Source: an uncultured Candidatus Saccharibacteria bacterium
GTDB taxonomy: Bacteria; Patescibacteriota; Doudnabacteria; UBA920
Assembly: GCA_964474825.1 (NCBI GenBank)
Contig: CAYYWQ010000001.1
Location: 741,609 to 805,608 of the forward strand
DNA length: 64,000 nt
Direction of reading: 5' to 3'
Positions 36,032-45,529 of this stretch are shown here, one piece after another (position 1 is the first letter of the stretch; each line of letters begins with the position of its first letter). Both the position numbers and the translations under genes were made by a program. The notes below the pieces were generated by a model. It had not been told where the DNA came from and searched no databases. It worked only from the letters and a program-made list of their open reading frames with translations.

Positions 36032-37498
36032 TTAAAATTGAAAATAAATAAAGCTGCTCTGGCTAAACACGCCATAAAATATTATGGCCAAAACTAAGGC
36101 GTAATAAACTCCCCAGCGGACCCAATATGGCTTTTTGGAAAAATTTTCCAAAAAATTTGGTGACAGCTGCCAGTAGTCCACAGCCAGAAGTAAAATTATA
36201 GACGCAAAAATAATTTTAGTATCTAATGGCCCTAATACTCCGTAACTAGGCAATAAAGTCTTAAGTTGGCTAAAATTAAACACTGCTTTCCAATTGGTAA
36301 AAAGATGTGTAGCAATATACCAGGCGTCGCTCAAACTTTCCGCCCTAAATAGAATCCAGGCAAAACAGGTTAGAGAAAAAGTCACAAAAACTTTCCACAA
36401 GTTATAAAGTTTAGGGTATTTTATTATTCCAATAAAAGCGGCAATTTTTCCCCTAATATTTTTTGTCCAAATAGAAAAGACCAAATAAAAACCGTTTAAG
36501 ACACCCCAAATTACGTAAGTCCAGCTGGCGCCGTGCCACAGTCCGCTTATTAAAAAAGTCAGCATTAAATTAAACTGCCAGCGGGACTTCCCTACTCGGT
36601 TGCCGCCCAAGGGAATGTAAACATAATCCCTAAACCAGGTAGAAAGTGAAATATGCCAGCGCGTCCAAAATTCGGCGATAGATTTAGAAAAATAAGGGCT
36701 GTCAAAATTTTTCATAAGCCTAAAGCCCATAACCTGGGCCGCTCCTAGGGCAATGTCGGAATAGCCGGAAAAGTCGGCGTAAATCTGGATGGCAAAAAAT
36801 ACAGTGGCCAAAAGTAGAGGCAGTCCCTCATGCCCTTGGGGAAAAGAGTAAACCGAGTTAAGAGCTATGGCCAACCTATCGGCAATTATTACCTTTTTAA
36901 ACAAACCCCAAGCCATTTTTTTCAGACCCTCTGTAACATTGTAATAATCAAAATTATGTTTTTCGTAAAATTGATGGAGCAAATTCTGCGGCCGCTCTAT
37001 TGGCCCGGCCACTAACTGTGGGTAAAACATAACGTAAAGAGCGTAAATGCCAAAATTGCGCTCGGCTTTTTGCTTGCCGCGGTAAACCTCTATTACATAA
37101 CTTAGGCTTTGGAAAGTGTGAAAAGAAAGACCTACCGGTAAAATTATGCTTAATGCCTTAACAGAATAATTCCAGTGAAGCAGGGAGGCAATAGCGGTAA
37201 AATTGGCGTTGAAAAAATTAAAATATTTAAAAACAAAAAGTATTAAACATGTAGACACAATACTTACTATTAGCCAAACTTTTTTTCTTCTGCCTCTGGA
37301 CTCTTCTATGTAAATACCCGCAATGTAATCTACAACAATTGTAGCTGCCAAAATTAATATGTAGGCCGGAATAAGAGCCATATAAAAAATACAGTTGGCA
37401 ACTAAAAGCAGCAGCCAGCGGTATTTATGCGGCAAAATAAAATACAGAGCAGTAACTACCGGGAAAAATATAAGAAACTCTACGGAATTAAAAAGCAT
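36032..37498 (-). CDS. MBOAT-family membrane-bound O-acyltransferase, copy 2 (close paralog of 27123-28559)
   Basis: The same conserved blocks as copy 1 (FHTFQSLSYVIEVYRG, FYPQLVAGPIERP, WTRWHISLSTWFRDYVYIPLGG). Identity to copy 1 looks like about 70% by eye. Confidence 0.85.
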   Translation of the reverse strand: MLFNSVEFLIFFPVVTALYFILPHKYRWLLLLVANCIFYMALIPAYILILAATIVVDYIAGIYIEESRGRRKKVWLIVSIVSTCLILFVFKYFNFFNANFTAIASLLHWNYSVKALSIILPVGLSFHTFQSLSYVIEVYRGKQKAERNFGIYALYVMFYPQLVAGPIERPQNLLHQFYEKHNFDYYNVTEGLKKMAWGLFKKVIIADRLAIALNSVYSFPQGHEGLPLLLATVFFAIQIYADFSGYSDIALGAAQVMGFRLMKNFDSPYFSKSIAEFWTRWHISLSTWFRDYVYIPLGGNRVGKSRWQFNLMLTFLISGLWHGASWTYVIWGVLNGFYLVFSIWTKNIRGKIAAFIGIIKYPKLYNLWKVFVTFSLTCFAWILFRAESLSDAWYIATHLFTNWKAVFNFSQLKTLLPSYGVLGPLDTKIIFASIILLLAVDYWQLSPNFLENFSKKPYWVRWGVYYALVLAIIFYGVFSQSSFIYFQF

Positions 37499-38608
37499 TT
37501 ATAATAGTTTATAGATACTTAGTGTCTCCTGTACTGTCTTGTCCCAGGAAAATTCTTTTGCTCTTGCCATGCCACCGCTTTGTCTGTTATTGCCGTGCAA
37601 AGATTTGCTAATTTTTTCGGCCATATCCGGAACGCTTGAAGGATCAAAGTATTCCGCAAACTCCCCAGCCACTTCGTAAAAAGAAGATGTATTGGAACAA
37701 ACCAAGGGAGTGCCGCAGGCTAAAGCCTCTAGCAAAGGAATACCAAAACCTTCGTAAAGCGAGGGAAAAACAAACGCTGCTGCGGTGTTATACCACATTA
37801 TTAAGTCCTGGTCGGAAACAAAACCAAAATTATGAACCTTATTTTTTATACCTAATTTTTCCAAAAGCTGATTTTCTTCAGCGGTAAAACTACCTCCTCC
37901 CAGAGTCACCACGTCTAAGTTTGGATTATTTAAACGGACGAAACTTTGCAAAAACGGCTGAAAATTTTTATAACCTATACGGGAGCCTAAAAAAAGCAAG
38001 AACGGTTTGCTAATATTTTTTTTAACTAAAAAATCTTTTTTTAAATTTGCGTCTTGTATTTTAACAAAAGTGTCGTTTACCCCCAAGTGAGTAACATAAA
38101 TTTTACTTTCACTAATATTATAAGCTTCCATTAAATCTTTTTTGGTGCTTTCCGAAATGGCAATAATAGCAGAAGCTGCATCAAAAGATTTTTTCTTAAT
38201 TTTTATAAACTCGTGGTCAGACTCTCTATAAAAAAAGTCGGGAAACTTTTCGTAAATCATGTCATAGACCGTAACAACTTGGGGGATCTTTAATGTAGGG
38301 AAAGTACTAAAATAAGTGGTGTGAAAAACTCCATTGGTTTTTTTGGACCAATAGTTATTTTCCAAATATTTATTTATAGGGTTTAAAAAACTCCCAAAAA
38401 ACCTACGGGGAGGAGGAATTCTAATGTTACCTATAGACTTTATATGGTCTTTTGGCAAAATAGGTAATTCGCCCAATATTCGGTTATGGGTAGCTAATTC
38501 AACATTCACGCCCATTTTATAAAGCCTCGGCAGAAGCTCGTTAAAATAACGGGAAATCCCGCCGGTTTTTTGGGCAGTATAAATTACACCGTCTATATAT
38601 AGGTTCAT
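37499..38608 (-). CDS. Glycosyltransferase family 4 (GT-B)
   Basis: 369 aa. C-terminal EGFGIPLLEALACGTPLVCS motif typical of GT4. Confidence 0.75.
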   Translation of the reverse strand: MNLYIDGVIYTAQKTGGISRYFNELLPRLYKMGVNVELATHNRILGELPILPKDHIKSIGNIRIPPPRRFFGSFLNPINKYLENNYWSKKTNGVFHTTYFSTFPTLKIPQVVTVYDMIYEKFPDFFYRESDHEFIKIKKKSFDAASAIIAISESTKKDLMEAYNISESKIYVTHLGVNDTFVKIQDANLKKDFLVKKNISKPFLLFLGSRIGYKNFQPFLQSFVRLNNPNLDVVTLGGGSFTAEENQLLEKLGIKNKVHNFGFVSDQDLIMWYNTAAAFVFPSLYEGFGIPLLEALACGTPLVCSNTSSFYEVAGEFAEYFDPSSVPDMAEKISKSLHGNNRQSGGMARAKEFSWDKTVQETLSIYKLL

Positions 38609-39594
38609 TTGGAAAGTCTTTTTATATCCGCGTCTACCATCATTTCCACTAACTGTTTAAATTTAACCTTAGGCACCCAGCCCAGCTTTTTTTTAGCTTT
38701 GGTAGATTTTCCGTGAAGCGACAACAATTCAACCGGGCGCTTGAATTTTGAGTCCACCACCACGTACTTTTTCCAATTTCCTAAGTCCGCATGTTTAAAC
38801 GCCACGTCTAAGAAATCTTTTATGGAATGGGTTTGCCCTGTGGAAATAATATAGTCGTCAGGCTTTTGCTGCTGAAGCATTCTCCACATGGCTTCCACGT
38901 AGTCCCCCGCAAAACCCCAGTCGCGTCTGCTGCTTAAATTTCCTAAACGGATTTCTTTTGCCAGGCCCAATTTTATTTTAGCCACGCCGCTGGTAATTTT
39001 TCTGGTAACAAATTCAGTTCCCCTTAGCGGCGACTCGTGGTTAAACAAAATTCCGTTACAGCAAAACATTCCATAACTTTCCCTAAAGTTGTTAGTTATC
39101 CAGTAGCCGTATAGTTTGGAAATAGCATAAGGGCTTTTTGGCTTAAATGGAGTATTTTCTGTTTGAAGACCTTTTTCACTGCTGTCCCCAAACATTTCAC
39201 TGGTAGAGGCCTGATAAAACTTTACCCTAGGAACATAAGTTTTAAGAGCCGTAAGCAAAGAAAGTACACCTAAAGCATTTGTTTCCGTGGTTTTCTTAGA
39301 ATCCTGCCAGGAGCTGCCCACAAAAGATTGCGCTGCTAAATTATAAACTTCGTCCGGCCTTATTTGCTTAATTATTTTTTCTAAGGATTTTTCGTTGGTT
39401 AAATCCCCGCTGACAAAATTAATTTTTTTGGTAATATCTAAATAGTCAGTATTGGAAAAATCGGTCCGGGCTTTTGAGCGAACCATACCAAAAACTTTAT
39501 AGCCTTTGGCTAATAAAAGTTTTGCTAAATACGCCCCGTCTTGGCCGGTTACTCCGGTTACTAATGCTTTTTTCACCCCATTAGAACTTTTCAT
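38605..39594 (-). CDS. GDP-mannose 4,6-dehydratase-family SDR (second, divergent GMD paralog)
   Basis: ALVTGVTGQDGAYLAKLLLAKGYKVFGMVR Rossmann motif. YxxxK site [20 protein letters not shown] block characteristic of GMD. Confidence 0.75.
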   Translation of the reverse strand: MKSSNGVKKALVTGVTGQDGAYLAKLLLAKGYKVFGMVRSKARTDFSNTDYLDITKKINFVSGDLTNEKSLEKIIKQIRPDEVYNLAAQSFVGSSWQDSKKTTETNALGVLSLLTALKTYVPRVKFYQASTSEMFGDSSEKGLQTENTPFKPKSPYAISKLYGYWITNNFRESYGMFCCNGILFNHESPLRGTEFVTRKITSGVAKIKLGLAKEIRLGNLSSRRDWGFAGDYVEAMWRMLQQQKPDDYIISTGQTHSIKDFLDVAFKHADLGNWKKYVVVDSKFKRPVELLSLHGKSTKAKKKLGWVPKVKFKQLVEMMVDADIKRLSK

Positions 39595-40295
39595 ATAGAT
39601 GTCTTACAAATAAAGAATGTCCTGCTATTGCTGTTTAGGTGATTTGAGAATTGTTTTTTTGCAATAATTTGACAGCCAAGACCTTCCAAATATTTAGCTA
39701 CCCACTCCTCCGGGTTCTCTCCCATAAACGCCAAGTCCTTACTCCAGTACTGTCCCTGCTCGCCGTATTGTCCAGTTTCAAAAATAAAATATTTGCATTT
39801 TTTGCTTAAAATTTTCATAATTTTTCCGGCTTCTTCAAAACCTTCAAAATGCACAACATGATGAAAAACATTTAAAAAACTAATGGCGCCGTAAAAAGGC
39901 AGCTTTTCTGCCAAGTCAGAGGTTAGTTTTGCTTTGATAAAAGAAATATTGTCTAGGTCATTTAGACTAACTATTGCGTTGCTATATGCCCAAGGCACAT
40001 ATGCTACTTCCAGGCCCTGGGCCAGAATTTTTTGCCCTTCGGCAATTTTAAAAACAAAATACCCAAGCTGGGAACCAATATCCAAGTAGCTCCCAATTTG
40101 ACTAAAATCCATATTCTGCTTCATAAAATCAACCCTGTCCTGCGAAGCCCTTTTGCCGTCCTCTTTGCCAAATAAATGGTAGTGGTTTGGGTTATAAGTA
40201 GGCTGGTACAGTTCGGAAAGCTTAAACACCCTAACCATATTAATATAGACTAGGGCAAAAAATTTAGTTAACTTTTGACTGTTTAATAATCTCAT
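39591..40295 (-). CDS. Class I SAM-dependent methyltransferase
   Basis: YLDIGSQLGYFVF motif I-like segment. Overlapping start/stop with neighbours in the glycan operon. Confidence 0.55.
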   Translation of the reverse strand: MRLLNSQKLTKFFALVYINMVRVFKLSELYQPTYNPNHYHLFGKEDGKRASQDRVDFMKQNMDFSQIGSYLDIGSQLGYFVFKIAEGQKILAQGLEVAYVPWAYSNAIVSLNDLDNISFIKAKLTSDLAEKLPFYGAISFLNVFHHVVHFEGFEEAGKIMKILSKKCKYFIFETGQYGEQGQYWSKDLAFMGENPEEWVAKYLEGLGCQIIAKKQFSNHLNSNSRTFFICKTSI

Positions 40296-41320
40296 AAAAC
40301 CTCTTGGGCGTAATTTAATAATTTAATTGCGGCAGGATCTTCTGCCTTAAAATTTTGCAAACTTAATATTAGCATTCTGTAAAAAAATAAATATTTTAAT
40401 TGCTTTTCTATGGGCTTATTAAAAATTATGTGCGCTATTTGTAACTTGTCGCTTATAAGCAAAGCTGTTTTGCCCAACAATAATTCGTAAGACGGCTTTT
40501 CCAAATAAGTTTGGCGATGGACCTCAAACAGCCACACATCGAATTCCATAAAACTCACCGCCGAACGGTCAAAGTCAAAAAAAGAAAAATGCCCTTCATT
40601 AACTAAAATATTTTTATAGGTTAAATCACCGTGGATTAATGTTTTTATGGCAGTAAATTTACCTCTATTGATGGCCTGGTCTAAAATTTTATTCCTTATA
40701 ATAGTTAATTGCTCGTTCCAAACCGCCGGATAATAATTTTTTATAGCTTCAAAGTTGCTCAGTTCTGCTTCAAGATTAAACTCCGAGCTTTGCTTATTAT
40801 TCTTATAAAAATTGGCTAGCTCTCTGAAAATATCTTTTGCCAAACCTTCTGCTTGCCCTACCCCTATTGGTTTGCCGGGAAGCAAAGTTTCCGTGGTAAC
40901 GACAATATTGCCGGATTCATTTATACTAAGGGGCTTGGGGGTTAATATGCCCTGAATGTTTTTCAGGGCAGCATAATTATTTTTTAGGTTGAAGCTGCCG
41001 ATTTTATTAAACGACATCCTGTAAACCTGTTTCTTTTCCCGGTTTACGGCCACCAAGTTATTATAGCTTATAAAGACCTCAATGTTTCTAAAATCTAAAA
41101 ACTTTCCCACAGCGTCATAAAAACTTTTGGGCATTACAAGCAGCCGGTTTTTGGTTTTTACGCATACAAAATTGCTGTTGTTTTTAGCCAAATAATTTTT
41201 TAAAAAATATTCCTTTATTCCCAAAAGCCAGTCGCGGATTTCAATAAAATCATCAATTCTAAAATCGCCCCGGGTTTCAGGCAATTTTAAACGCAATAAT
41301 TGTTTGGAAATAAAAAACAT
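40292..41320 (-). CDS. APH/choline-kinase-like phosphotransferase (protein-kinase-like fold)
   Basis: LIHGDLTYKNILVN catalytic loop (HGD...N) and FFDFDRS (DFD/DFG-equivalent) motif. Confidence 0.6.
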   Translation of the reverse strand: MFFISKQLLRLKLPETRGDFRIDDFIEIRDWLLGIKEYFLKNYLAKNNSNFVCVKTKNRLLVMPKSFYDAVGKFLDFRNIEVFISYNNLVAVNREKKQVYRMSFNKIGSFNLKNNYAALKNIQGILTPKPLSINESGNIVVTTETLLPGKPIGVGQAEGLAKDIFRELANFYKNNKQSSEFNLEAELSNFEAIKNYYPAVWNEQLTIIRNKILDQAINRGKFTAIKTLIHGDLTYKNILVNEGHFSFFDFDRSAVSFMEFDVWLFEVHRQTYLEKPSYELLLGKTALLISDKLQIAHIIFNKPIEKQLKYLFFYRMLILSLQNFKAEDPAAIKLLNYAQEVL

Positions 41321-41323
41321 TGC

Positions 41324-42859
41324 TTACAAATTTATTAAACGTTTAAAATTCGGCTTTTGAATTTCCCCAATATACCTTACAGCTTCATTATAAATTACAT
41401 CTTTTTTTAAGGCGTACTGCTCCGCTACCCTGTCCCAATACCACTGCCTCATATTCGGGTCTTTTTCCTCAGCAGAAGAAAGTATAGGGCAAGCTGTTAG
41501 ATTGGGCCGCGACACGCGATAAATAAAAATGTAAGCGGCCTTAGCCCTGTCCTGTACTAGTTTTGTTAATTTTTCTATGGAATGAGCTTTTTCCAAAACA
41601 GCAAAATATTCTTTGGCGGTTGTAGGCTCAATGGCAAAACCAAGTCCTGTGTAAAAACTGTCCCCGGCAATTAAAGACGGCACAGCGCCCATAGCAGGCA
41701 GCTCAAACCCGGCGCTGCCCAAACAGGTAATTACCATATCCGCGCACGTTACGAGACTCCTGGTGTCTATTTGTTTTTCTTCGCTAATGTAAATTACGTT
41801 CTCCGGCAAATTGCTGAACAGCTCGTCAAAATTTACGTCTGTCGTTCTGTAATACCGAATAGAAGGATGCTGTTTAAAAATCCAGTTAACGCTTTTGTTT
41901 TGTTTGGCAAAATCCAAAGTTTTTTTAAACCAGTCGTAATAGTCTTTAAAAATCATCCAGCGGAAATGAGAATGCGGATAGTCGTTAAAAGCGTGCATTA
42001 AAACAAAAATATTTTTTTTGTTTGAGTCAACTTTATATTCTTTGTTAAAGTCAGCGCGGCTATTGTAAAGCGCGCTGCTTTCCACAAAAGCTTCGGCCGC
42101 GTCCCTGTCCCCGTTTCCGGAAATTTGGTGAGCTAATTCCTTTTGGAACTCCTGCTCAAGTCCCTGACCTAAAACTTGGGTAACTTTGTCCACGTCTTCC
42201 GGAAAAGGCTTGTGTTCGTAGTCGTAAACTTCCTCCAGTTTCCTAAAGCACTGGAAGGTAGATTGGTGGTGGCCGGCGCGCAAAAAACCTTTAAAGCCGT
42301 GGCGCAAAGCTACGCGCAGCATAACGCCGCTGCTAATAGAAACCTGGTGCGACACAAGCACGCCTTTATAGTTGTCGCTGAAAAGTATTTTTTTTATCCT
42401 AATATGCCGGGCAATAATGCTGGCAATAACGCGAATAAATTTATAATCTATTTTCCTTACCGTAGCTACGGAGTTGTTGGCCAAGTAGGTGTCGTAAATA
42501 ATATCGCCATACCTGACGCCGTCGTAGGTAATGGCCAAAATATTCCTGGTGAATAAAGTTTTTATATATATTAAAATGGAGGTCAAGGTTATATAGACAT
42601 ATCCAAAAATAGAAATTTGATAAATTTTTCTGGTTTCCGCCGTGGCCACGTAGGAGCGGAGCAGTTCTATTGGGTGGCAAAAGGCGCTGTAAAGCCAAAC
42701 AGGCGTGTAGCCTTGGGCCTGGTTTAAAATTAAAGCATAAACCGCGTTAGCGTGGTCTATGGAGTCGTTGTTTGGCTCTTCTAGCAAAAGTTTTCCGGCT
42801 CCCTGCTTGGCCGGAAACTTTGACCAAAACTTTTTATTGATTTCTGAAAAATTGATCAT
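41324..42859 (-). CDS. Hypothetical protein, possibly capsule-polysaccharide-synthesis (KpsS/TagF-like) type
   Basis: 511 aa soluble protein in a glycan operon. The assignment is from weak overall resemblance only. Confidence 0.35.
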   Translation of the reverse strand: MINFSEINKKFWSKFPAKQGAGKLLLEEPNNDSIDHANAVYALILNQAQGYTPVWLYSAFCHPIELLRSYVATAETRKIYQISIFGYVYITLTSILIYIKTLFTRNILAITYDGVRYGDIIYDTYLANNSVATVRKIDYKFIRVIASIIARHIRIKKILFSDNYKGVLVSHQVSISSGVMLRVALRHGFKGFLRAGHHQSTFQCFRKLEEVYDYEHKPFPEDVDKVTQVLGQGLEQEFQKELAHQISGNGDRDAAEAFVESSALYNSRADFNKEYKVDSNKKNIFVLMHAFNDYPHSHFRWMIFKDYYDWFKKTLDFAKQNKSVNWIFKQHPSIRYYRTTDVNFDELFSNLPENVIYISEEKQIDTRSLVTCADMVITCLGSAGFELPAMGAVPSLIAGDSFYTGLGFAIEPTTAKEYFAVLEKAHSIEKLTKLVQDRAKAAYIFIYRVSRPNLTACPILSSAEEKDPNMRQWYWDRVAEQYALKKDVIYNEAVRYIGEIQKPNFKRLINL

Positions 42860-42872
42860 TTAAAAAAATTAA

Positions 42873-43631
42873 TTACAGACGGACGTTAACACCATGCTCA
42901 TGCAAATATTGTTTGGCTTCCAAAGGAGTCTGCTGGGTAAAATGGAAAATACTTGCCGCGGCCACGGCGGAAGCCCCTCCCTGCTCAATAACTTCCAGCA
43001 TATGCTGATAATTTCCGGCGCCGCCTGAGGCAATTACAGGAATAGTTACGGCAGAGGTAACTTTTTTTGTGAGCTCTACGTCATAACCCAGCATTGTGCC
43101 GTCACGGTCAATGGACGTGAGCAAAATCTCTCCGGCCCCCAAGTCCTGTAATTTTTTAGCCAGCTCTTCCGGCGCCTGCCCCGTGGGTTTTTGCCCGGAA
43201 TTAATATAGGCTTCGTGCTTTCCCTCAGCGTTTTTTTTAACGTCTATGGCCACCACCACGCACTGGACTCCAAATTTATTGGCAATTTCAGTAATTAATT
43301 CAGGGTTAGTCAGCGCGGCCGTGCCCACAATAACTTTGTCAGCGCCAACGCTGAGCAGTTTCCTTACGTCTTCCAAAGAATTAACTCCCCCGCCCACAGA
43401 CAAAGGCATAAAACACTGGTTAGCCATCTCCTGCACTAAATCAAAATCCGGCTGGCGTTTTTCGTTGGTCGCGGAAATGTCCAAAAAAGCCAGCTCATCC
43501 ACGTCCCGCATATTGTAAACCTTAACGGTTTGCATAACCGAGCCGACCCGACGCCAGCTGTCAAACTTTACTCCTTTAACCAAAGTAAAATTTTTAAACA
43601 GCAAGGTTGGAATAACACGCAATTTAAGCAT
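42873..43631 (-). CDS. HisF-like cyclase subunit (WbuZ-type) of an N-acetyl-sugar amidotransferase system, copy 1
   Basis: (beta/alpha)8 HisF signature: VIPTLLFKN...SVGGGVNSLEDVRKLLSVGADKVIVGTAAL...IPVIASGGAGNYQHM. Confidence 0.8.
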   Translation of the reverse strand: MLKLRVIPTLLFKNFTLVKGVKFDSWRRVGSVMQTVKVYNMRDVDELAFLDISATNEKRQPDFDLVQEMANQCFMPLSVGGGVNSLEDVRKLLSVGADKVIVGTAALTNPELITEIANKFGVQCVVVAIDVKKNAEGKHEAYINSGQKPTGQAPEELAKKLQDLGAGEILLTSIDRDGTMLGYDVELTKKVTSAVTIPVIASGGAGNYQHMLEVIEQGGASAVAAASIFHFTQQTPLEAKQYLHEHGVNVRL

Positions 43632-43635
43632 ACAG

Positions 43636-44790
43636 TTAGCTAACGTTATCGTCGTTGATCTTTCTCAAATTACCGTCTTTGTCTTTTACCAAATTACCCG
43701 CGGAGTCGCAGGCGAATAATTTTTTATTGGTAAAGCTGTCGCAAATTTTTACAAACTCTTCCATTGTCATATCTATGTCTTTTAAAATCTCGGAAAGCGG
43801 GCAGCCTAAGTAAGTAATAGGAAATTTGCCGCCATGCTTTTTTACCAATTCAATAGCTTCTTGGCGGCTTAACCTGCCGCGACGAATGTGCCAGCAAGCC
43901 CAGTCTGTGGCGCGGTCGTAACCGAACTTTAAAAATTTAAAATAATCATGAACACGCATTTGCAAATTGTCCAAGTTTTCGTAAGCAACAATAGAACCTT
44001 CCACTATGGTGGGATAAGCTTCAAAACCATGCGCCTGGGCAATAAACGCATTAGTGTGGCCGTCCCAAGGCAAATAATAACCTGTATAAATGCCGGTAAC
44101 ACCCACTCTTTGCAACTCTTCGTCTGTTGGATAGGTAAACTGGATTAAGTGCTTTTGCTCAATACCTTCCTGGCCAAGCAAATCCACTACCCTAAGTCCA
44201 TTCATGCCGCCAAACTCTTCAAGCCAGCGCCTGTTTAAGACATTGTCTTTGGCCGCGGCCGCGGGTCCGCCGTTTTCATTTTGCGCGTTCTCCCCCCAAA
44301 TAATTAGCGGCACGTTATATTCCACAGCAACTCTTACAGGAATGGTAAAAATAGAAACATGCTCAGGCCAGGAAATATCACCCACTTGTTTTAAAGCCAA
44401 CCGGTTTATACGCCTTCTTACAACCGGGTTTGTAGAAACTTCTATATAATCCACACCTAATTTTTTTATATTTTCAATATTCCTTCTACCTATTTCGGAA
44501 AGTTTGTCTGTGGTAGCGGTTACACATAGCGGATTCATTCCCATTTCCAGCATTTTAATGGTTTGGAAATGACTGTCTTTACCGCCGCTGACCGGAATTA
44601 TACAGTCGTAATTTTTTCCGTCACGACTTCGATATTTGTCCAAAATTTTGGAAAGCTCCTGCTTGCGCGCGTCCCAGTCTATGGTTTTGCGGTTTTCGTA
44701 GGAAATGCAAGCATCACAAACCCCGCCGTCTATAAATAGGTCGGGCTTGGTTTCCGGCATAACGCATTTGGTACAATATTTTATATTCAT
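43636..44790 (-). CDS. N-acetyl sugar amidotransferase (WbuX/LfnA-like, PP-loop ATP pyrophosphatase), copy 1
   Basis: N-terminal zinc ribbon CTKCVMPET...CDAC. PP-loop PVSGGKDS. About 384 aa, like WbuX. Confidence 0.8.
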   Translation of the reverse strand: MNIKYCTKCVMPETKPDLFIDGGVCDACISYENRKTIDWDARKQELSKILDKYRSRDGKNYDCIIPVSGGKDSHFQTIKMLEMGMNPLCVTATTDKLSEIGRRNIENIKKLGVDYIEVSTNPVVRRRINRLALKQVGDISWPEHVSIFTIPVRVAVEYNVPLIIWGENAQNENGGPAAAAKDNVLNRRWLEEFGGMNGLRVVDLLGQEGIEQKHLIQFTYPTDEELQRVGVTGIYTGYYLPWDGHTNAFIAQAHGFEAYPTIVEGSIVAYENLDNLQMRVHDYFKFLKFGYDRATDWACWHIRRGRLSRQEAIELVKKHGGKFPITYLGCPLSEILKDIDMTMEEFVKICDSFTNKKLFACDSAGNLVKDKDGNLRKINDDNVS

Positions 44791-44806
44791 AATGGTTGGT
44801 GATTAA

Positions 44807-45529
44807 TTAGTGTAGCTTTTGCTTAATTGTAGAATTTATTGTTGCAATTTCCGGGTGTTGTTTTAAAAAGGTAATTACTTCGGCCGCATTGATTATTTTA
44901 TTTTGCTCGTAAAATTTATTGTAAATTAAGCTCAGCATTTCATAATCTTTTTCTTCGTCAAGCGTTAAACGGAAATCTCCGAGCAAATTTTCCGGCATTT
45001 CATAAGTTAAAGTTTTGCCGTTTTTAATAATATAAAGTGTTACGTGTTCGCGTTCAGCCGGTAAGTTTGCATTTTCGTTGGCTGATGATAAAGCCTCGGC
45101 AGAAAAAATTTCACAATCAAGGCCGCGGGGAAAATTCCTGTTTAGCACATTACTTACATAATCCGCGTTTCCTTCTAAAAACATTTTTATACAGCCGTCT
45201 ATTACAGCAGGGTCTATTAACGGGCAATCTGCAGTAATTCTTACAACCACATCTAACTCATATTCTTTGGCGCAGGAGGCAAAACGGTTTAAAACGTCTA
45301 ACTGGCTGCCGCGGTAAACCTCTATATTATTACTTTGGCAAAACTGGTTTATGGCATCGTCAGCTTTTTCCGTGGATGTGGCCACAATAACAGCGTTAGC
45401 CAATTTGCTATGCTTACAGCGCTCTACCATATGCCATAGCACGGGCTTGCCGCCTAAGTCTTTTAAAACTTTGCCGGGCAAACGACTGGCTCCCATTCTG
45501 GCTTGAATTATAATCCCAACTTTAGGCAT
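44807..45529 (-). CDS. pseF: Acylneuraminate/pseudaminic acid cytidylyltransferase (PseF/SpsF-like)
   Basis: N-terminal IIQARMGASRLPGKVL, the hallmark of the CMP-NeuAc/CMP-Pse/CMP-Kdo synthetase family. Confidence 0.75.
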   Translation of the reverse strand: MPKVGIIIQARMGASRLPGKVLKDLGGKPVLWHMVERCKHSKLANAVIVATSTEKADDAINQFCQSNNIEVYRGSQLDVLNRFASCAKEYELDVVVRITADCPLIDPAVIDGCIKMFLEGNADYVSNVLNRNFPRGLDCEIFSAEALSSANENANLPAEREHVTLYIIKNGKTLTYEMPENLLGDFRLTLDEEKDYEMLSLIYNKFYEQNKIINAAEVITFLKQHPEIATINSTIKQKLH

